A DNA stretch of 64,000 nt from an uncultured Chloroflexia bacterium (GTDB lineage: Bacteria; Chloroflexota; Limnocylindria; Limnocylindrales; CSP1-4), in NCBI GenBank assembly GCA_963711105.1, contig CAVQCV010000005.1:833092-897091 (forward strand). Reading direction: 5' to 3'. Under the pieces are notes generated by a model. It saw only the letters and a program-made list of their open reading frames with translations. It was not told the origin of the DNA and ran no database searches. Position numbers and translations under genes: made by a program. Below, piece after piece: positions 56,995-64,000 of the stretch. Numbering within the stretch: the stretch's first letter is position 1; each line of letters starts with the position of its first letter.

Positions 56995-57714
56995 CTAGCT
57001 CCGGCCCATCCGCATGCCGCACTTGGGGCAGTAGAAGGCGCGCTCGTGCCCGCTGTTGAAGCCGCAGTGGGCACAGACGACGCCGTCCTGCGCCGTACCG
57101 TGGACCGGTCGATCGACCGAAACAACACCGAGCGCCTGAGGATCGCCGAGGATGTTGCCGAAGAGGCCGGTCAGGGCCCGGTCGGCGTTTCGTTCCGTGT
57201 CGCCTCGTACGCCCTTGCCGCCCCAGCCCACGACCGCCCGGACGATCATGTCGCCGGTCTGTTCGTCCCAGTGCGACACGACACCGCCGATGAGGGCGTT
57301 GTACTCCGGAATGCCAGACGTATCGATGTCGCCGTCCAGCAGACCGCCGACGAATGTCTCGAACGCCAGATCGATGGCGTCCGTGCCCTCGAGCACGAAC
57401 AGAGCGTGGCGCGTCGCGGGTACGCGCTTGCGATGGTAGGTAAGCCACTCCGCCGCGTCCGGCATGCGCGTGATGAACGGCGCCGCGTGGCTGAGCTCGA
57501 CCGGATAGGGCTCGACGAGTTCCGTCTCGCCCTTGGCCACGCCCTCGAGCATGCGCGCCAGTTTGACGACGGCCCCTGGCCCCGCCTTGACCCTGACGTT
57601 TTCGCTGCTCTTGGCCGAATAGGCCAGCTTCAGCGAGAAGTCCTTCGCCGTGACGTCATCGACGGGAGACGGCGAGTGGACCTGTGGTTTGTCTTTTCTT
57701 CCGAACAGCGGCAC
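56995..57714 (-). CDS. Hypothetical protein with C-terminal zinc ribbon
   Basis: 239-aa ORF with protein-like composition. The C-terminus is CAHCGFNSGHERAFYCPKCGM. A conserved-looking HWDEQTGDMIVRAVVGWGGKG is present. No family was recognised. Confidence 0.5.
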   Translation of the reverse strand: MPLFGRKDKPQVHSPSPVDDVTAKDFSLKLAYSAKSSENVRVKAGPGAVVKLARMLEGVAKGETELVEPYPVELSHAAPFITRMPDAAEWLTYHRKRVPATRHALFVLEGTDAIDLAFETFVGGLLDGDIDTSGIPEYNALIGGVVSHWDEQTGDMIVRAVVGWGGKGVRGDTERNADRALTGLFGNILGDPQALGVVSVDRPVHGTAQDGVVCAHCGFNSGHERAFYCPKCGMRMGRS

Positions 57715-57818
57715 TTCTGAGTCCTCGAGGGGTGCGGCCTATTGGCGCCTATCCTATCAGCGCCGGAGAGCCGCAGGACGCCGTCACGTACCTCAGGCCG
57801 GCAGGGCCTACGAGCACG

Positions 57819-60566
57819 TCAACGGCCCAGCCGCTGCGTCAGCCGGGAGACCAGCTCTTCAAGCTCCGCGGCCCTGGCCCTGGCGCCTTCCACGACGGCC
57901 GGCGGGGCCTTCGAGACGAACGACTCGTTAGCCAGGCGGGCGCGCGCGGCAGCGAGCATCGCCTCCGCTTCGGCCAGCTCACGCTCCAGGCGAGCGTGGT
58001 CGCGTTCGTCCTGGACCGCGTCGCGGGCCTCGGGGCGCACCAGCGCCTCGCACTCGCCCGAGATCACAGACAGGCCCCCGGCAACTCCCCCGCGAACCGC
58101 TGCGGCACTTTGCGCGCGGGTCAGGGGCCGGGCCCGGGATAGGCGCTCCACCGCCGGCCGGAGCGCCTCGTACGTGGCGGCCAGCGATTCGGGCACGAAC
58201 ACGTCCACCGGCAGCCAGGCGGCCGGCTCGATGCGAGCCTCGGACCGCGCGTTGCGAATGGCTCTTACAAGGTCGATGAGCGCGGCCACTTCGGTTTCGG
58301 CGGCGGCGTCGGCAGAGGATCCGGCCACGACCGGCCAATCCGCGACGATCAGCATCTCCGGGTCCGCCGCCATCTTGGGCAGCCGCTCCCAGATCTCCTC
58401 GGTCACGAACGGCATCGTCGGATGGAGCAGGCGCAGGTACGTATCGAGGACGTCGACGAGGGTCCACCACGTGGCCTCGCGAGCAGGCGACGGCAGCGAG
58501 TCGTCCGACAGCCGGACCTTCGCCAGTTCGACCGCCCAGTCGCAGTACTCGTTCCAGATGGCTTCGTACAGGATCTGACTGGCGTCGCCGAAGGCGTACT
58601 GGGCCATCGCTTCGTCCACGGACTTCGCAGTGGCGGCCGTGCGGGACAGAATCCACCGATCGGACGGACCGACGAGGTCGCGGTCCGGGAGTTGCCGAGG
58701 GGCGTCCGCGGCAATAGACGCCGGTCGCGCGCCCAGCACGAAGCGGGCCACGTTCCAGAGCTTGTTGGTGAAGTTGCGGGCGTTCTCGAGCTTCTCCGTG
58801 CCGAGCCTGGCGTCGTTGCCCGGCGCCGTGCCATTGACCAGTGCGAAGCGAAGCGCGTCGGCGCCCACCTCCTCGATGGTCGCGAGCGGATCGACCGTGT
58901 TGCCCTTCGTCTTGGACATCTTCTGACCGTACGGATCGCGGATCAGGCCGGACAGATAGACCGTGTGGAAGGGCGCCTGCCCCGTGAAGTGGATGCCCAG
59001 CATCATCATCCGGGCAACCCAGAAGAAGATGATGTCGTAGGCCGTCTCCATGACCGAGGTCGGGTAGAAGCGCTCGAAGTCCCGGGTCTTCTCCGGCCAG
59101 CCGAGCGTCGAGAACGGCCACAGGCCCGAGCTGAACCAGGTGTCGAAGATGTCCTCGTCCTGGCGCAGGTCGCCGACCGGGCGGCCGCAGACCTCGCAGG
59201 CGGACGGGCCGGCCGGATCGGCCGACACCGTCACGTGGCCGTCGGGGCAGTACCAGGCCGGGATTCGATGGCCCCACCAGAGCTGGCGGCTGACGTTCCA
59301 GTCGCGCATCTCCGTCATCCAGTGTTCCCAGACCTTGACGAAACGTTCCGGCAGGATCTGGGTCCGGCCCGTGCGCGTGGCCTTGAGCGCGGCCTCCGCC
59401 AGCGGCGCCACACGGACGAACCACTGGGTCTTGAGGCGCGGCTCGACGACATCGTCACTGCGCTGGCAGTGGCCGATCAGCGACACGTGCGGCTTGATCG
59501 ACTCCAGGTCGCCACGCTCCTGCAGCTCCTCCACTATCCGGCGGCGAGCTTCGTAGCGGTCCAGGCCGGCGAACTTGCCGCCGCTCTCGTTGATGCGCGC
59601 GGCGTCGTCCAGGACCGTGATCATCGGCAGGCCGTGGCGCTTGCCGGTCTCGTAGTCGTCGTTGTCGTGCGCCGGCGTGATCTTGACGGCGCCGGTTCCG
59701 AATGCCCGATCCACGACCGGATCGGCGATGATCGGCACGGGCCGATCCACGAACGGGATCATGGCCTTGCGGCCCACCAGCGCTGTGTAGCGCGGGTCCT
59801 CGGGGTTGACGGCCACGGCGGTGTCGCCCAGGAGCGTCTCCGGGCGGGTCGTCGCAACGGCGATCCAGACGTTCGGATCGGGCTTGCCCGTCCCGTCGTC
59901 GACCAGGTGGTAGCGCATCGTCCAGAGGCTGCCGTTCGTTTCGGTCGGGATCACCTCCAGGTCCGAAACGCTGGTCCGGCAGCCGGGGCACCAGTGGATC
60001 AGGGCTTCGGTGCGATACGCCAGGCCTTCGCGGTAGAGGCGCAGGAACGCCTCGCGCACGGCTCGCGCCGACACCTCGTCCATGGTGAAGCGGAGCCGGG
60101 TCATGTCCAGGGAGGCACCGACGCGACGCTGCTGGGACAGGATCGTGTTGCGGGTCTCCTCGACGAACTTCCACATCTCCTCGAGGTACCTATCGCGGCC
60201 CAGGGTGGCGCGGCTCTCACCCTTCTTGGCGAGCAGCTTGTCCAGCACGTACTGGGCGGCAATCGACGCATGGTCTAGTCCGGGCAGGAAGAGCGCGGGC
60301 CGGCCCTGCATTCGGGCGTGGCGGGTCATCAGGTCTTCGACCGTGGAGCGCTGGGCGTGGCCCAGGTGCAGCGAGCCGGTCACGTTGGGGGGCGGTTGGA
60401 TGATCGTGAAGGCCGGTTTCGACCAATCGGCGCGCGAGCCCTTGCCGTCCGGGTTGAAGACGTCGGCGGCCAGCCAGCGGTCGAAGATGGCGTGCTCTAC
60501 CTCGGCCGGCTTGTACGCCTTGGGCATCTCCGCTGCGTCCCGCTTCTCCGACACCGCTCGCTCCAT
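57819..60566 (-). CDS. valS: Valine--tRNA ligase
   Basis: The HIGH motif is PPPNVTGSLHLGHA and KMSKS is present. The editing and anticodon-binding domains are recognisable. The C-terminal coiled coil is ERELAEAEAMLAAARARL. The ORF's first ~65 codons look untranslated; the start is likely MERAVSEK (60566) or MPKAYKPAEVE (60527). Confidence 0.93.
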   Translation of the reverse strand: MERAVSEKRDAAEMPKAYKPAEVEHAIFDRWLAADVFNPDGKGSRADWSKPAFTIIQPPPNVTGSLHLGHAQRSTVEDLMTRHARMQGRPALFLPGLDHASIAAQYVLDKLLAKKGESRATLGRDRYLEEMWKFVEETRNTILSQQRRVGASLDMTRLRFTMDEVSARAVREAFLRLYREGLAYRTEALIHWCPGCRTSVSDLEVIPTETNGSLWTMRYHLVDDGTGKPDPNVWIAVATTRPETLLGDTAVAVNPEDPRYTALVGRKAMIPFVDRPVPIIADPVVDRAFGTGAVKITPAHDNDDYETGKRHGLPMITVLDDAARINESGGKFAGLDRYEARRRIVEELQERGDLESIKPHVSLIGHCQRSDDVVEPRLKTQWFVRVAPLAEAALKATRTGRTQILPERFVKVWEHWMTEMRDWNVSRQLWWGHRIPAWYCPDGHVTVSADPAGPSACEVCGRPVGDLRQDEDIFDTWFSSGLWPFSTLGWPEKTRDFERFYPTSVMETAYDIIFFWVARMMMLGIHFTGQAPFHTVYLSGLIRDPYGQKMSKTKGNTVDPLATIEEVGADALRFALVNGTAPGNDARLGTEKLENARNFTNKLWNVARFVLGARPASIAADAPRQLPDRDLVGPSDRWILSRTAATAKSVDEAMAQYAFGDASQILYEAIWNEYCDWAVELAKVRLSDDSLPSPAREATWWTLVDVLDTYLRLLHPTMPFVTEEIWERLPKMAADPEMLIVADWPVVAGSSADAAAETEVAALIDLVRAIRNARSEARIEPAAWLPVDVFVPESLAATYEALRPAVERLSRARPLTRAQSAAAVRGGVAGGLSVISGECEALVRPEARDAVQDERDHARLERELAEAEAMLAAARARLANESFVSKAPPAVVEGARARAAELEELVSRLTQRLGR

Positions 60567-60941
60567 CAATGATTCGACCCGCTCGCCCAGCGGACGAACG
60601 GGTCGTGGTACCACCTGCTGGTTCGGGAGCGTCCGGCTGCGCCGGGACGCTTTGGGCATTTGGTGCCCAAATGCCCGGAGGGACGCGCACATCGCGTGTC
60701 GGCCGGCTGGGCCGGCCCGGGCCTCCCCTTTTCGGCGCGCTATCGGGCGCCACCCGCACAACTCGCGAGCTACGTTCGCGCCGTTTCGACCGCGGGGCTT
60801 TCAGCCACTGACCCCGCTCTCTGCTGGCCGACCGGCGGCGCTACTCCTCTCGGTCGTCGCCGTGAGGCGGCGATCGTAGCACAGGGCCGCGAGGCGTCTC
60901 GCGGCCCTGTGAAGGTGCTGCCGTGGTCCAGAGCAGGACGT

Positions 60942-62342
60942 CTACTCCCCGGCCCCGTACTGACTATCGAAGAGGACTCCCCGCGGCATCAGGACGATCC
61001 CAAAGCCGCCATATGAGGCGCCGCCCGGGGCTCCCGCGGTCCATTCGATCGGCGTCCACACGGTGGCGTCGTATGAGATCCAGGCTTTGGCGCCGCCGTT
61101 CTTCACCGCAAGGAAGTACGTGCCGTTCGAGACGATCACGCCGTCGCCGTCATAGGTGGACGGGACCGTACCGAGAGGCGGGTACGCCTGTTCGATGGTC
61201 CAGGTGAGGCCGCCGTCGGTCGAGCGAGCCAGGCTGTCGACCGAGAGGATCACTATCGCGTCCCGCCCAAACTCGAGATAGTCCGCGGTGCCGGCGAAGT
61301 TGGAGTCGCTGTGCGTCCAGTTCCGGCCGTCATCCGAGAACCACAGCTGGCTGGTTACGGCCCTCGTTCCCGTCATTCCGCTGGGGATCGGCTCAGGGTA
61401 GGCGCTTCCGACCAGATAGAGGCGTCCGGCGTTCGCCTGGACGTGCGTTCTCGGAACATCGTCGGGCCCCAGGCAGGCGAGACCGGGCTCCATCGTCTCC
61501 TCGCCCCAGTGGACGCCGTCGGTCGAATACTCGACGTGGTAGCCGCAGCCGGTCGGCGAGCCCACGGTGAACGTGGTCGCGACAATCGCCGAGTCGGTAC
61601 CTGCGACCGAGACGATAGATCCGCTCAGATCGGCCACGCCGGCGTTCTGCCAGGTCGACCCGTCCGCGGTCGTCCAGGTCGACGCCGAACCGCCCGCGTC
61701 AACGGCAATGGCTATCAAGCCAACCGGCGCCGCGGCCACGTACACCGCGCCGGGCAAACCGGCAACCTTGGTCCAGCCTTCTCCCGTCGGCGAGATCCAG
61801 ACGCTGTCCGCCGGGCTGTACTGGCCGCCCGACACCGTCGAGCTGGTGGCGGCAAAGCCGCCCCTCCAGCTGATCACCTGCCCGACGCCGCCGGGAGCGC
61901 CAACCGAAGAGGCCCCCACGGAGGCCGGGCTCCAGGACAGACTGCTCCAGTTGGCTCCGAGGCCGGGGGTCGTCCAGTCGGGCTTCGGGCTGACGCCCGG
62001 TGTAGGCACGGGCACGGGCGACTGGGTCGGGCTCGGGGTCGGGCTCGAGGTCGGTGACTGAGACGAGGCGGTCTCCGGGTTCGCCGGCAGCCACCGGCCG
62101 GCCAGCGAAACGGCGACGACGATGGCCACGGAGGTGGCCGCCAACGAGCCGATCGTCCGCCAGGGGTGCCCGGCGAAAGGGTTGGCCAGGCCGCCCAGCC
62201 GCCGGCCGAGCCTGCGCCGGCTCGCGACCTCGACGGCGCGACGATAGATGGAGTCGGGCACCGGCACGGCCGGTGGGGCGCTGATCGACCGGAGCCGGCG
62301 CACCAGGTCCTGGTCGAGTTCGAAATCAGTTCGGTCCGTCAT
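60942..62342 (-). CDS. Membrane-anchored anti-sigma factor with extracytoplasmic BNR/Asp-box beta-propeller domain
   Basis: The start overlaps the sigma gene stop (ATGA). The N-terminus MTDRTDFELDQDLVRRLRS is followed by a single TM (IGSLAATSVAIVVAVSLAG) and a P/S/T linker. BNR repeats are STDGVHWG, SDDGRNWT and STDGGLTWT. Confidence 0.75.
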   Translation of the reverse strand: MTDRTDFELDQDLVRRLRSISAPPAVPVPDSIYRRAVEVASRRRLGRRLGGLANPFAGHPWRTIGSLAATSVAIVVAVSLAGRWLPANPETASSQSPTSSPTPSPTQSPVPVPTPGVSPKPDWTTPGLGANWSSLSWSPASVGASSVGAPGGVGQVISWRGGFAATSSTVSGGQYSPADSVWISPTGEGWTKVAGLPGAVYVAAAPVGLIAIAVDAGGSASTWTTADGSTWQNAGVADLSGSIVSVAGTDSAIVATTFTVGSPTGCGYHVEYSTDGVHWGEETMEPGLACLGPDDVPRTHVQANAGRLYLVGSAYPEPIPSGMTGTRAVTSQLWFSDDGRNWTHSDSNFAGTADYLEFGRDAIVILSVDSLARSTDGGLTWTIEQAYPPLGTVPSTYDGDGVIVSNGTYFLAVKNGGAKAWISYDATVWTPIEWTAGAPGGASYGGFGIVLMPRGVLFDSQYGAGE

Positions 62343-62917
62343 CGGGAGACCTCCCGGGTCGTGCTATCCAGCTCCGCTCGGAGCGACCTCATCGCGTAGT
62401 GGAGCCGCGACTTGACCGTGCCAAGCGGCAGGTTCATTCGATCGGCGATGTCTTCGAGCTGCAGGTCTCGCCAGAACCTCAGCGCCACCACCAACTGCTG
62501 GTCGGGCGGCAAGGTCCTGACGAGCCGGCCTACCTCGTCGCGGGCGAGGGCCTCGCGGAATGGGTCGCCGGCAGTGCGAACGGCCCTCGCGGCCCCCTCT
62601 TCGAGCTCCAGCTCGCGAACGCCGCGCCGGTGTCGCAATCGATCTCGACAGACGTTGACGACTATCCGGTCGAACCAGACGTCGAACCGGTCCGGATCGC
62701 GCAGCCTGGGCCAGGCCTGCCAGGCCTTCTCGAGAGCGTCCTGGACGGCGTCCTCGGCCTCCACTGAGTCGCGAAGCAGGTACCCCGCAAGCCGGTAAGC
62801 GTCCGCCACTTCCGAGCGGGTCAGGCGGACGAACTCGTCCGCGCCCCCTATCGCCCCGCCCCTGATGGCTACGTCGCCTGCCTCTCTTTCCTTCAATATC
62901 ACCCTCAGCTCCTCCAA
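62339..62917 (-). CDS. ECF-type RNA polymerase sigma-70 factor (paralog of 9946..10551)
   Basis: Region 2 is AEDAVQDALEKAWQAW...FDVWFDRIVVNVCRDRL. Region 4 is LRFWRDLQLEDIADRMNLPLGTVKSRLHYAM. Confidence 0.88.
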   Translation of the reverse strand: MEELRVILKEREAGDVAIRGGAIGGADEFVRLTRSEVADAYRLAGYLLRDSVEAEDAVQDALEKAWQAWPRLRDPDRFDVWFDRIVVNVCRDRLRHRRGVRELELEEGAARAVRTAGDPFREALARDEVGRLVRTLPPDQQLVVALRFWRDLQLEDIADRMNLPLGTVKSRLHYAMRSLRAELDSTTREVSR

Positions 62918-62991
62918 TCTTGTTCAGGCGACCATTCAAGACGGAGCCCCGAGCCAGAAGGTTCGATCTACACCCTTCAAGTGGCCGTCGC

Positions 62992-64000
62992 CTACTCGCC
63001 CGCACCCCAGTAGTACCCGTCCATGCTGTCGGTCCAGTAGCCCCGCGGCAGCAGGAAGTTCTCCTCCAGCGAGATGCCCACCCTGACGTGGGGCGGCAAC
63101 GGCTCGGCGAGCTTGGTCCAGGTCTGGCCATCGAACGAGGTCCAGGCCTGCCCGGCGAGCGTGCGGGCCAGGAATTGGTCCGTGTTCGAGAACAGCTCGC
63201 CCTTGCCTTTGAGCAGGTTCGTGGCGCCCTTGCCGAGCGGCCCCTCGGTGTCGTCCCTGGTCCAGATGGTCCCGTCGGTGGTCTTCAGCCAGAAGTCCCG
63301 GTACGGCAGAATCGCGCCCCGGCTCGCCACTTCGATTGCCCAGCGGTATTCGTGCCAGTCCGAAACGCTCTGCGAGATGTTGGGGATAGCCGCCGGAGTC
63401 CAGGACACCCCATCGGCAGACCAGTACGCCACGAGGCGGCCAGATCGGGCGCCATTGGCCGTGAGAAGGCCTACTGCCACGAACCTCTGCCCGATCCAGC
63501 GGGCGACCCAATCGTGGACGGTGCCGGCGGCGTTGGGCGTAACCTCCTGCCAGGTTTCGCCGGTAGCCGAGAACAGCAACGTGGTCGCGTCACACGGCGG
63601 CCCCTCCCCCACACTGCACGGACGCGCGTCACGTACGGGCGCGGCCACGTCGGGGGAAGTCCCGGCTGCCGTGAGAATCCCGATGGGGCTGCCCGCCGGA
63701 CCGTCGACGCCCAGGTTCGAGTTGTGAGACGGACTTTCGAAGAGCCGGCCGTTCAGCCCCGTCGTCTGAAGCCCCGTTGTCCAGTTCTGGCCGTCCTCAC
63801 TGACCCATACGGTCGAAAAGTCGTCGCTCAGGATCGTCAGGCCCACCGCGGACGGCACCGCCGGGGACCCCGGCGAACCCACAGCACGCCATGTCAGTCC
63901 ATCAGCCGACTCCCAGATGTACCCGCTCCGGGCGCCTGATTGCATGAACCCATAGATGACCCACCCGCCGCTCCAGTGGCTGAGGGTCCTGTTGTAGAAG
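62992..64000 (-). CDS. BNR/Asp-box repeat beta-propeller protein, 5'-truncated by the window end; paralog of the 60942..62342 ectodomain
   Basis: BNR repeats are SADGLTWR, SEDGQNWT, SADGVSWT, TTDGTIWT and SFDGQTWT. The shared C-terminal ending is ...YWGAGE. The reading frame is open to pos 64000. Confidence 0.65.
   Translation of the reverse strand, partial: FYNRTLSHWSGGWVIYGFMQSGARSGYIWESADGLTWRAVGSPGSPAVPSAVGLTILSDDFSTVWVSEDGQNWTTGLQTTGLNGRLFESPSHNSNLGVDGPAGSPIGILTAAGTSPDVAAPVRDARPCSVGEGPPCDATTLLFSATGETWQEVTPNAAGTVHDWVARWIGQRFVAVGLLTANGARSGRLVAYWSADGVSWTPAAIPNISQSVSDWHEYRWAIEVASRGAILPYRDFWLKTTDGTIWTRDDTEGPLGKGATNLLKGKGELFSNTDQFLARTLAGQAWTSFDGQTWTKLAEPLPPHVRVGISLEENFLLPRGYWTDSMDGYYWGAGE

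Noticed and set aside
60527-60761. N-terminal ~78-codon extension of the valS ORF
   Set aside because: It is Arg-rich and non-conserved (MCGWRPIARRKGEARAGPAG...). The ValS homology begins at MERAVSEK/MPKAYKPAEVE, so the extension is probably untranslated 5' sequence.

Overview
This is a high-GC (~70%) bacterial chromosomal segment that is densely coding (about 55 genes) and mostly housekeeping; the lineage was not determined. Recognisable genes are DprA, a ComM/YifB-family ATPase, FtsH, tRNA-Met(CAU), TrpB2, ThpR, Ppa, a class II UvrA paralog, MurI, YchF, RarA, SerA/SerC, ValS, a VapBC toxin-antitoxin pair, a MoxR-DUF58-TgpA operon and an MrfA/MrfB-like helicase-exonuclease pair. Between these sit several less conventional pieces. 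(1) An ECF sigma factor is translationally coupled to an anti-sigma N-domain fused to an NfeD membrane protease, followed by two SPFH/band-7 genes and then a receiver-ParA/MinD fusion ATPase; a second receiver-ParA paralog lies 28 kb away with no tad/pilus genes nearby. (2) A paralogous ECF sigma/anti-sigma module near the window end carries a BNR beta-propeller ectodomain in place of NfeD, flanked by another BNR paralog. (3) A perfect 391-bp direct repeat at the left end records a tandem duplication of a secreted Ig-like/CAP-like protein gene. (4) A cluster of four hairpin repeats sharing a GCGATCG stem sits in a 400-bp intergenic region. No rRNA, CRISPR array, IS element or integrase was found. 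Many long antisense ORFs are GC-skew artefacts.
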